Below, in pieces: positions 1 to 7,650 of a stretch of 48,723 bases of DNA. Origin of the DNA: a virus (taxonomy: Duplodnaviria > Caudoviricetes); IMG/VR virus record IMGVR_UViG_3300028809_000020, positions 1-48,723 of that record; one strand, written 5' to 3'. The notes beneath the pieces are model-generated. The model ran no database searches and was not told where the DNA came from. It worked only from the letters and a program-made list of their open reading frames with translations. Position numbers and translations under genes: made by a program. The number at the start of each line of letters is the position of its first letter. Within the stretch, counting starts at the first letter, position 1.

Positions 1-1
1 C

Positions 2-286
2 CCCGAATACGATGGTGGAGTCCTGGGACAGTTGCACATCGCGATGATCCGACTGGATGCCAAGGTGGATGGCATAAACACCCGGATCGGTGAGTTCACG
101 AAGGCTCACGACGACCACGAGACGCGTCTCCGACTGCTGGAGGCGCGTCCTCATGTACGCCCCGAGAGGCTGGAGGCGCTGGAGAACCGGCCTTCCGTCT
201 CACCCGCAACCGTATGGAAGGCTCTCGGGTTCGCCGTCGCGGTACTGGGCATCATCGTGCCGATTCTCGTGGCAGCATGGAAGTAA
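2..286 (+). CDS. Lysis-associated membrane protein (coiled coil plus C-terminal TM helix), 5' end truncated by the window
   Basis: Frame is open from base 2 (PEYDGGVLGQLHIAMIRLD...). C-terminal hydrophobic helix ALGFAVAVLGIIVPILVAAW; lies directly upstream of the endolysin. Confidence 0.6.
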   Translation, partial: PEYDGGVLGQLHIAMIRLDAKVDGINTRIGEFTKAHDDHETRLRLLEARPHVRPERLEALENRPSVSPATVWKALGFAVAVLGIIVPILVAAWK

Positions 287-296
287 GGAGGTTTCC

Positions 297-1094
297 ATGC
301 AGGCAAACCACGCAGGTGTCCGCTTCATCGGTCCGCCGCGTTCCTACGGCACGACCATGTACAAGAAGCGGTACATCATCCTCCACAACACGGCCAACGA
401 CGCCTCGGCCGTGGGAGAGGCCGACTACGCCAAGACGCGTACGGACGGCACCTCCAGCCACTACTACGTGGACGACATCGATCTGATCCAGTCGCTGGAC
501 ACCAGGTACGGTGCCAACCACGTGGGCAGCACCACGGGCAACCGGTACGGGATCTCGTACGAGTTCACCGGCACCAACGGAAAGTCCGAATCCTGGTGGT
601 CGTCCAACATCGCCTGGGACAAGGCGATCAGCAACATGGCGCTGGACTGCAAGGACTACGGCATCCAGCCGCGTCTGCTGACCATCGCCCAGATGAAGGA
701 CGGCGTCTCCACCGGTTTCGCCACACACGACATGGCACGCCAGGCGTGGGGCGGAACCACGCACACGGATCCGGGGGACAACTTCCCGGTGGACTTCCTT
801 ATAGCGAATGTAGGTGCCGCGATGGCTGGAATCACGCCTGAGCAGATGCTGGACATGTACAAGAAGGTCAACTCCCTCTACTCCTTCGTCTTCTTCGGCG
901 GGGACTTCTCCAGCGGTCCGCTGGTCCCGGAGCAGTACCGGCTGACGGAGCCGATCGCGGGACGTACCCGCAGCGGAAACTCCCTGGTGGAGCACCTCAA
1001 CTACCTGGAGCAGACGCAGGGCGGCGAGGATGGTCCGGTGGTGGACGTGAAGGAGCAGGTCAAGCAGGCGCTGAGGGAGGGCACCGATGCCTGA
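297..1094 (+). CDS. Endolysin, N-acetylmuramoyl-L-alanine amidase (Amidase_2-like)
   Basis: Zn-amidase motifs IILHNTA, SSHYYVD, ISYEFTG, THD and HTDPG; SD AAGGAGG before ATG at 297. Confidence 0.88.
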   Translation: MQANHAGVRFIGPPRSYGTTMYKKRYIILHNTANDASAVGEADYAKTRTDGTSSHYYVDDIDLIQSLDTRYGANHVGSTTGNRYGISYEFTGTNGKSESWWSSNIAWDKAISNMALDCKDYGIQPRLLTIAQMKDGVSTGFATHDMARQAWGGTTHTDPGDNFPVDFLIANVGAAMAGITPEQMLDMYKKVNSLYSFVFFGGDFSSGPLVPEQYRLTEPIAGRTRSGNSLVEHLNYLEQTQGGEDGPVVDVKEQVKQALREGTDA

Positions 1095-1260
1095 GGCGTG
1101 GAAGCCCTTCGCGAAAGCCGTGGTGGGATTCGCAACGGCGCTGGTGGGAGCGCTTGCGGTTGCTGCGGTGGACGGCAGCATCAGTCTCTTCGAGTGGCTG
1201 ACCGCGTTGGCCGCCGCACTCGGCACACTGGGAGCGGTCTACCAGGTCAAGAACAAGTGA
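1087..1260 (+). CDS. Holin (2 TM helices, 57 aa)
   Basis: Hand translation MPEAWKPFAKAVVGFATALVGALAVAAVDGSISLFEWLTALAAALGTLGAVYQVKNK; overlaps the endolysin stop; absent from the ORF track. Confidence 0.8.
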   Translation: MPEAWKPFAKAVVGFATALVGALAVAAVDGSISLFEWLTALAAALGTLGAVYQVKNK

Positions 1261-1269
1261 AATAGCAGG

Positions 1270-1299
1270 TCAGGGGGTGTTGACGCGCCCCCTGATTTT
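1270..1299 (+). terminator. Intrinsic terminator after the lysis cassette
   Basis: TCAGGGGGTG/CGCCCCCTGA hairpin followed by TTTTGTTT. Confidence 0.7.
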
Positions 1300-1308
1300 G
1301 TTTATACT
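1280..1308 (+). promoter_or_regulatory. Sigma70/HrdB-type promoter
   Basis: TTGACG-N17-TATACT. Confidence 0.8.
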
Positions 1309-1352
1309 TAATGGGTAGGGTAGTGAGGATGAAGTCGAAGGAGTTGGACCCC

Positions 1353-1931
1353 ATGGCCAGCATCAAGTGCGGGAACTGCAAGCAGATCCACACCAGTGCC
1401 GCCGACGTCAAGAGCTGCTACAACCTGAAGGAGAAGAACACCATGAGCGTTTTCGTCCCGGCCCACCGCCAGTCCGCCGCCTACCAGGCCATCAAGGCGC
1501 AGGCCACGGCCGTCATCGCGGCTCCCGTCGTCACCGTGATGCAGGAGGTCGCCCCGACCCAGCAGACGGAGAACGCGGTCGAGGTCGTCCTCAAGGGCCA
1601 GGATCTGAAGGTGGACGCGCTCTACAAGATGGGCGACGAGGTCTACAAGATCATCTGGAACAAGGCCCAGACCCACAAGTACGCGATGCGGCTGGTCTTC
1701 GCCAGCTGGATGAAGAAGGGCAGGTTCCAGTACGCGCCCGGAATCATCAACCAGCTCGACAGCACGATGCAGATGGACCTGGACGGCGCGAAGGGCTTCG
1801 CGAAGTGGGCGTTCGAGAAGTTCAACGTCGGGGTCTGCTGCAACTGCGGCAAGCTGCTCACCAACCCGGTAAGCGTCGCGGAGGGCATCGGCCCGGTGTG
1901 TAGCGGCAAGATCAAGAAGTCCTGGTACTGA
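1353..1931 (+). CDS. DUF6011-like zinc-finger protein
   Basis: C-terminal CCNCGKLLTNPVSVAEGIGPVC; N-terminal CxxC-H-C; SD GAAGGAG. Confidence 0.75.
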   Translation: MASIKCGNCKQIHTSAADVKSCYNLKEKNTMSVFVPAHRQSAAYQAIKAQATAVIAAPVVTVMQEVAPTQQTENAVEVVLKGQDLKVDALYKMGDEVYKIIWNKAQTHKYAMRLVFASWMKKGRFQYAPGIINQLDSTMQMDLDGAKGFAKWAFEKFNVGVCCNCGKLLTNPVSVAEGIGPVCSGKIKKSWY

Positions 1932-1980
1932 GGACTGACAGGGGACCGGCATAAGCCGGTCCCCTTCACAAGGAGGAACG

Positions 1981-2208
1981 ATGGAGAAAGAACCGCAGGT
2001 GTACGTGTACGACACGAACGACTGGACTCCCAGTGCTGCAGGACGTGCCCTGGACTGGGCTCTTGGGCTGCGCTACATGGCCTACAGCGCCCCATGGCCC
2101 GAAGGTCGGCGTCTGTCCTGGGGACGCACCCCGGAGCAGGCTCGGCGGAAGGGGGTTCGGGAGCTGCTCCGGAACGGATCCTTCGGCAGTCCGAAGCGTG
2201 TTCTCTGA
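1981..2208 (+). CDS. Hypothetical protein
   Basis: SD AAGGAGG; fills the gap between two hairpins. Confidence 0.6.
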   Translation: MEKEPQVYVYDTNDWTPSAAGRALDWALGLRYMAYSAPWPEGRRLSWGRTPEQARRKGVRELLRNGSFGSPKRVL

Positions 2209-2244
2209 AGGGGAGCCCCTGGTGGGGCTCCCCTTTACATTTTT
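2208..2244 (+). terminator. Intrinsic terminator
   Basis: AAGGGGAGCCCC-TGGT-GGGGCTCCCCTT followed by a T-rich tail. Confidence 0.7.
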
Positions 2245-2327
2245 ATATGAAGGTGGCAGCATGATCTTTATTGACAACCCGTCCTGCGCTCGGCTGGAGA
2301 GCAGGACTTTCGTGTATGTGAGGTCAA

Positions 2328-2672
2328 GTGGGACCACCGTGGATGGGGAAGGGCAACTGCACCGCGACGAAAGATCCGGACCTGTTCTTCTGCGGGGACG
2401 AGGAGCATCCGAAGCTGGAGCCGACCCCGCTGGAGCAGGCGGTGATCACGGCGTACTGCCTCCGATGTCCGGTGCGGGTCACCTGCCTGAAGTACGCGCT
2501 GGACGACCCGAAGGTGGTGGGCATCTGGGGCGGTACGACCACGATGCAGCGAAGGACGATGAGACGAGGGAGGAAGCGCAGCAGTTGTCTGAAGTGCCGT
2601 AGCCAGATGGTGGCCACACTCGCGAACTTCCAGGCCTGCCGGTCCTGCGGGACCACCTGGCGATGGTCATAA
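2328..2672 (+). CDS. whiB: WhiB-family (Wbl) Fe-S transcription factor with C-terminal zinc ribbon
   Basis: W...C...DPDLFF, CxxCPVRVTC, YAL and GIWGG motifs; extra CLKC...CRSC tail. Confidence 0.9.
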   Translation: MGPPWMGKGNCTATKDPDLFFCGDEEHPKLEPTPLEQAVITAYCLRCPVRVTCLKYALDDPKVVGIWGGTTTMQRRTMRRGRKRSSCLKCRSQMVATLANFQACRSCGTTWRWS

Positions 2673-2673
2673 A

Positions 2674-2706
2674 GAAAGCCCCCGTGCCTGCGCACGGGGG
2701 CTTTCT
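2674..2706. terminator. Bidirectional terminator between convergent arms
   Basis: AGAAAGCCCCCGTGC-CT-GCGCACGGGGGCTTTCT between + strand whiB and a - strand glycosyltransferase. Confidence 0.8.
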
Positions 2707-2728
2707 GTTGTGCCCGTCCTAGAGGCTG

Positions 2729-3799
2729 TCAGTGTAGCGACTTCTCCAGCTTCCACGCCTCTTCCCAGATTTCGGCCAGCCGCCAGGCGTTGCCCTCCAT
2801 CGTGTAAGGACGCATCGACTCCCTGCCCTGCTGGGACATCTCCTCCCGCAGAATGGCGTCATCCGCCAGCAGCTTGATCTTCTTCTTCCACTCGCCGGGG
2901 TCCTTCGCCATCCAGCCCACTCCCGTGAGCTTGTGCAGGCGCAGGTACTCCGCACGGGGAGACCCGATGCAGGGCACTCCGGCCGCCGCCATCTCCGCCA
3001 TCTTCAGCCAGCTCTTCGCGGCGTTGAACTTGGTGTCCGCCAGGGGAGCGACACCCACTCCGAGCTGGGAGACGTAGAACGGCCAGTGGTGGACGTCAGT
3101 CGCTCCGGTGGTCCGCAGGCCGGTATCCGGGGTGAGACCCCATGCCTGATGCGCGCCCTCACCAGTTCCGATGATCATGAAGTCGTAGCCCTGCTGCACG
3201 AGCTGGTTCACGCTGGAGCCCATGACCTGGAGGTCGCCGGGGTGCGAGTGCACGGATCCAGCCCAGCCGATCGCGTTGTGGTCCAGCCGGGGGATCTCGT
3301 AGACCTTCTCCTGGATGTAGTTGTCGAACACCCGACCACGGCCGTGACGTGCGAAGACGTCCAGCAGAGCGGGCGTTGAGGTGACGACCATCGTGGCGTT
3401 CTGGCAGGCACGGACGGTGTTGTGCCAGCTATGGTCCCGGTCCTGTTGGGTCTTCTTGGTGCCGGGGTGCAGGAAGTTGAAGGCCGGGTTGCGCGGGTCG
3501 ATCCTGGTGAGGTCGTCGTCGATCTCAACGACCACGGCGACGCCCTTCGCCCGGATGATCGGGATGGCGTCGGCGATGAAGCGATGAGACACCCGCTGGA
3601 GGACCATGACGTCGGCGTCTGCGGGGATGTGGACGTCCACCAGCCGATCGTCCTTGATGACCCCCTGGAGACCGACGTCCCGGCTGTCCGCCTTGACCAG
3701 CGTGACGTCCACGCCGTCCTTGATGAGCTGCTCAGCGGGCCAGATGATGCGGTAGTGCCCGCATCCGTGCTCGTCCGCTGGGAACGCGTAGACCTTCAT
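2729..3799 (-). CDS. Glycosyltransferase (GT-B/GT4-like)
   Basis: GCGHYRI, VVEIDDDL, IGWAGS, GVAPL...FNAAKSWLKMAEMAAAGVPCIGS. Confidence 0.82.
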   Translation of the reverse strand: MKVYAFPADEHGCGHYRIIWPAEQLIKDGVDVTLVKADSRDVGLQGVIKDDRLVDVHIPADADVMVLQRVSHRFIADAIPIIRAKGVAVVVEIDDDLTRIDPRNPAFNFLHPGTKKTQQDRDHSWHNTVRACQNATMVVTSTPALLDVFARHGRGRVFDNYIQEKVYEIPRLDHNAIGWAGSVHSHPGDLQVMGSSVNQLVQQGYDFMIIGTGEGAHQAWGLTPDTGLRTTGATDVHHWPFYVSQLGVGVAPLADTKFNAAKSWLKMAEMAAAGVPCIGSPRAEYLRLHKLTGVGWMAKDPGEWKKKIKLLADDAILREEMSQQGRESMRPYTMEGNAWRLAEIWEEAWKLEKSLH

Positions 3800-3984
3800 T
3801 TCTCCAGCTCATCCAATCTCTCGCGCAGGTCGGACAGCTTCCCCATGAAGTCGTTGAACGCCTGCCAGTGCTTCGGACATTTCGTGATGTGGTACCTGTA
3901 GGTCTTGGTCTCTCCGCAGCCGTCGTGAGGAAACCAGGTCTCGACACAGCCGCAATCACTGGTCCTGGTGTGGACGGGTTCCAT
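3796..3984 (-). CDS. Small Cys/His-rich hypothetical protein
   Basis: MEPVHTRTSDCGC...CPKH; start/stop overlaps with both neighbours. Confidence 0.6.
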   Translation of the reverse strand: MEPVHTRTSDCGCVETWFPHDGCGETKTYRYHITKCPKHWQAFNDFMGKLSDLRERLDELEK

Positions 3985-4577
3985 CAACGGGCGTCTCCCT
4001 TGTTGGGCTTGCCGCTGGTGTTCTGTCCGCTGATGTCGTAGAACCAGGTCTTGTGCGGGTAGCAGGAGATGATCGCGCCCAGCCGGGAGGCCTCCAGCGT
4101 GAAGCGGAAGTCCTCGCCCGTGTTCGCCTCGCCACGGTCCAGTGCCTGGTAGCCGATCTGCTTCGCGATGGCGGTGCGGACCAGCACGGTAACGGTGGTC
4201 TCGATCGGGTCTGCGGCGTTCCAGGGTTTGGTGAAGTGCGTTGCCGGGAGCGGAGAGTTGCCGGGGAAGGGCAGCGTCTCGTGACCGCTGTAGACGAAGT
4301 CTGCTCCCGTCTCCAGCGCGTGCCCCATGAGCTTCTCCAGATGGTGCGGCATCCACACGTCGTCGGAGTCCAGAACCGCCACCCATTCGGTTTGTACGGC
4401 GTCCAGAGCGCGCTGCCGGGTCGCAGGTGCGCCTGCGCCTTCCAGGTCCACAGCGACGCTCACAGCGGCCACAGGATAGGTCTGCTTGAGCACGGACTGG
4501 AGCGCACGCGAAAGCAGCCCACTCCGCAGGCGAGCGGGGTGGGCTGCGATGATCGCAGTGATCTTCGGGGAGGTCAT
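3984..4577 (-). CDS. Glycosyltransferase family 2 (GT-A)
   Basis: ITAIIAAH, ALQSVLKQT, WVAVLDSDD (DxD) and GEDF motifs. Confidence 0.85.
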   Translation of the reverse strand: MTSPKITAIIAAHPARLRSGLLSRALQSVLKQTYPVAAVSVAVDLEGAGAPATRQRALDAVQTEWVAVLDSDDVWMPHHLEKLMGHALETGADFVYSGHETLPFPGNSPLPATHFTKPWNAADPIETTVTVLVRTAIAKQIGYQALDRGEANTGEDFRFTLEASRLGAIISCYPHKTWFYDISGQNTSGKPNKGDAR

Positions 4578-4608
4578 TTATAAATCATAACCTACCCCTA
4601 CTTCAAGA

Positions 4609-5295
4609 TCACCAAGGCAAAAATCCATGCTTCCGGTGGAAGGTCTCGCGGTCCCGTCCGGCCTGGGCGTACAGCTCCGGATTACGATTCGTGTAACCGT
4701 TGGGGTCGTGGTGCTGGAGCGTGGGGACACCCAGCGCGGACACGCCGCGCTTGCCACGTGCGCGCCAGTCCAGGTCGCTGTCTCCCCACCACCAGAGGAA
4801 ATCCTCGTCCGCGTACAGGTGGTCCCAGCCTCGCAGGGCGAAGGCGTAGCCGACCATGCGGTTTCCCAGGTGCCACGGCTGACTGTCCGTCATCGTGGGC
4901 AGGTCCGTCGTCGGGTGCGCGTAGACGATGCTGGAGCCGTCCTGGTTCATCTTCCGTGCGAACTCGTGCACCAGGCCGGGCGGAAGTGTGAGGTCGTCGT
5001 TGAAGATCGCGACCATGTACTCCTGGTCCTCGGCCAGCTCATCCGCCCAGCGCAGGCCCTCGTTCCACACCCAGGAGAGGTTGACCGGCTCATCCTCCTG
5101 CCACACATGGTGCTGGACGTAGGGAGGGATCGGGAGGTGCTGAAAGAGGAGAGGCTCATCCGGGGTGAGTGGGGTCCAGTCACGCCGGTTGTGGATGATG
5201 ATCGGGGTGACGCCCTCCAGCGACAACTGCTTGACCATGGGAAGCAGAGTGTCGTTACGGTCTCCGACCGTGGGTATGACCGCGAACAGCTTCAC
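4609..5295 (-). CDS. Glycosyltransferase family 2-like
   Basis: GTG start (VKLFAVIPT), NLSWVWNEG, AIFNDD, WWWGDSDL; GTGA overlap with the methyltransferase. Confidence 0.75.
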   Translation of the reverse strand: MKLFAVIPTVGDRNDTLLPMVKQLSLEGVTPIIIHNRRDWTPLTPDEPLLFQHLPIPPYVQHHVWQEDEPVNLSWVWNEGLRWADELAEDQEYMVAIFNDDLTLPPGLVHEFARKMNQDGSSIVYAHPTTDLPTMTDSQPWHLGNRMVGYAFALRGWDHLYADEDFLWWWGDSDLDWRARGKRGVSALGVPTLQHHDPNGYTNRNPELYAQAGRDRETFHRKHGFLPW

Positions 5296-5810
5296 AGCCT
5301 GACCCCCTGCGCGTACGCGTAGACGTCGCCGGGGTTGGGGTTGAACTCCACGTGGACGTTGAGGAAGTACTTGTCCAGGACGTCGGACAGCGCCTCGGGG
5401 TCCACGTTGCCGTAGTACTGCCCGGCCGGGACACCCCACTCCCCACGCGCCCCGTGTCCGGGACGTCCAGTGCTGGCGGCCGTCGTGACGAAGAGCTGAG
5501 GACCGTTCTTCCCCAGATGCAGGGCCATGGTTTCGATGATCTCGCGCCACTCCGGGGTGTGCTCGAACAGCTCCGTTGCGATCACGGCATCGAACCGGCG
5601 CTTGCTCCGCCAGGTGGCGGCGTTCGCCACGATGTCCACGGCGGGAGCGGGCTCGATGTCCAGCCCCAGCCATTCCGCGTTGGGGAAGTAGCCGCGTGCG
5701 GTGCCGTTGACGTCCGCACCGCCGACGTCCAGCGCCTTCTTGATCGTGCCGGGATCCACGCCGGACAGCTTGAGCATCCTGCCGAACCCGTCGAAAGCTT
5801 CTGCGTGCAT
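5292..5810 (-). CDS. Class I SAM-dependent methyltransferase
   Basis: ALDVGG motif I, GLDIE, FDAVIATELFEH; SD AGGAGAGG. Confidence 0.85.
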   Translation of the reverse strand: MHAEAFDGFGRMLKLSGVDPGTIKKALDVGGADVNGTARGYFPNAEWLGLDIEPAPAVDIVANAATWRSKRRFDAVIATELFEHTPEWREIIETMALHLGKNGPQLFVTTAASTGRPGHGARGEWGVPAGQYYGNVDPEALSDVLDKYFLNVHVEFNPNPGDVYAYAQGVRL

Positions 5811-5818
5811 AACCTCTC

Positions 5819-6553
5819 CTACGTGACGTTCATTCGCCATGGGCCGTTGTTGGTGCTGGTGGGACCAGCTTCCCGGATCGCGGAGAAGGATGCGGCAGGA
5901 GGGAAGGCACCAGGTGCTCCGACCACCGTCACCGTTCCCGCACCTCCGGTCCGGCCTATGGAAAAGAATATACTAGTCAATCCGGTGGCAGTCGCCTCGT
6001 AGGGGAACTTGAAGTACTTGGTGTCCACGGCCGTAGGGTTCCACCTGCCGAAACCCACGAGGGTACCGCTTACAGCGGTAGTCGTCCTTGCCCGGATCAC
6101 CCACGTGTCCGTGGTCGCCACCGTGAACTGGCAGACCATCTGGACTTCCAGGTTGTAGACGTTGCCTGTGTACAGGTAGGCGGACAGAGCCAGTTGCGGG
6201 ATGTTGGTCTCAGTGGAGACACCGGAGACGATGTTGCCTGTGTTGCCGAGGACGGCACCGTCCAGCACCTGGTCCGGGAGCCTGCCGGAGTAGCCTCCAG
6301 CGCCGTAGTACCCGATGATGTAGAAGCCCTCAGGCTGGATGGCCTTGACGACTACACGGGAGTTCGGCGGGATCTGACCGATGAGGCTGATGGCACGTAC
6401 CGGAACCGTGTCCCCGTCCAGGACCACCCGCGTGGTGTCCGGTGACTGCCATAGGTCGATCACCGTTGCCGGGCGGATGACCTCCGTGAAGCCCAGACGC
6501 TTCGCGTTCTCCCGGAGTGCCTGGACACCGTCTACCGCCTGCTGTGCCGTCAT
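5819..6553 (-). CDS. Minor tail protein
   Basis: Last gene of the tail operon; N-terminal RPATV...VVLDGD OB-like segment and beta-rich C-terminus. Confidence 0.6.
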   Translation of the reverse strand: MTAQQAVDGVQALRENAKRLGFTEVIRPATVIDLWQSPDTTRVVLDGDTVPVRAISLIGQIPPNSRVVVKAIQPEGFYIIGYYGAGGYSGRLPDQVLDGAVLGNTGNIVSGVSTETNIPQLALSAYLYTGNVYNLEVQMVCQFTVATTDTWVIRARTTTAVSGTLVGFGRWNPTAVDTKYFKFPYEATATGLTSIFFSIGRTGGAGTVTVVGAPGAFPPAASFSAIREAGPTSTNNGPWRMNVT

Positions 6554-7650
6554 CGGTAGGACTTCCTTCCCGTATGCCGCATCTCCCCGCCCTCGCTCAG
6601 GTCCATCTCCCAGGCGATCTCCAGCCAGTTCTCCCCGTTGAACACGAACACGTTATAGGAATCATGACGCGGGTCGGGCAGTGTGGAGAACTCCACGGTC
6701 TCGAAGATCGTCTCGCGCAGTCCCAGGTTGGTGGCGATGGCTGTCGCCTGGAGGCTGTTGTCCACCTGCCAGTCCGTTACACGCGGGATGACGAAGCCCC
6801 TGTTCTGGATCGAGTGCGGAGCCGAAGAGGGGACGTCGTAAACACCAAAAACGGGAAGCAGCAGGTCAGAGGCACTGCCGTTGGAGACCACCTTGAACCG
6901 GTTCGGAGCGGTGAGCAGGTTGTCCGTGAGGATTACAGAGTTCTGGTTGATCCGGTAGCCGGTGTCGAAGTCGAAGTCCGGGACCTGGACTCCAGCCGGG
7001 TCGAATGCCCGGATGAACTGCATGGTGTCGGTGAAGTCGAACCAGGGCGCGAAGTAGTCCCCGTCCACGGCGATCTCATTGATGATGGACCCCCGGTTGG
7101 TGCCCTCCGACCATGCTCCGATCGTGTAGAAGGGGGTGGACTGCGCTTCATAACGCACGGGGACGCCGGTCAGAAGATCGTTGATCGCCTGGTCACAGGG
7201 GCGGAAGGCCACGATGTTGCCGTCATCGTCGAACACCCCCGCCGAGTACGCGGTCTCGATCTCCTGGTCCACGATGAACATGGAGTCCGTGAAGGTCGCG
7301 TTGGACTCCAGGCCCCAGGTGGTCTGGATGCGCGACTGGTCCACCGCCATGTATGTGCCCAGCGGGTAGGTCTGCCCGTTGGGGAAGACCATCTCCACGC
7401 GCAGCCGGTGCTGGATGGTGTCCAGCATGGCGGTGTCGTCACGGTCGAAGAACAGTTCCGTGATCTGCCGCATGATGGTCCGGCTGGTGTCATGGGAGAG
7501 CTTCGGCGTGGACTCGCGCAGGGGATGTACTTCTCCCAGCTCACGTCCGGTTACAAAGTTGTAGACCGTGAACTTGAAGGTGCACGACCGCTGCCCCCTC
7601 CAGGGCGGCATGTCCAGCAGGGGGTCACCGGAGTAGCGGACGACGGTCAT
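6550..7650 (-). CDS. Minor tail protein (tail-tip/hub-like)
   Basis: Position two genes after the tape measure; YPLGTY and PDPRHDSYNV motifs typical of actinophage minor tail proteins. Confidence 0.7.
   Translation of the reverse strand: MTVVRYSGDPLLDMPPWRGQRSCTFKFTVYNFVTGRELGEVHPLRESTPKLSHDTSRTIMRQITELFFDRDDTAMLDTIQHRLRVEMVFPNGQTYPLGTYMAVDQSRIQTTWGLESNATFTDSMFIVDQEIETAYSAGVFDDDGNIVAFRPCDQAINDLLTGVPVRYEAQSTPFYTIGAWSEGTNRGSIINEIAVDGDYFAPWFDFTDTMQFIRAFDPAGVQVPDFDFDTGYRINQNSVILTDNLLTAPNRFKVVSNGSASDLLLPVFGVYDVPSSAPHSIQNRGFVIPRVTDWQVDNSLQATAIATNLGLRETIFETVEFSTLPDPRHDSYNVFVFNGENWLEIAWEMDLSEGGEMRHTGRKSYR

Noticed and set aside
2271-2300. TTGACA upstream of whiB as a promoter
   Set aside because: No acceptable -10 hexamer at 16-18 bp spacing.
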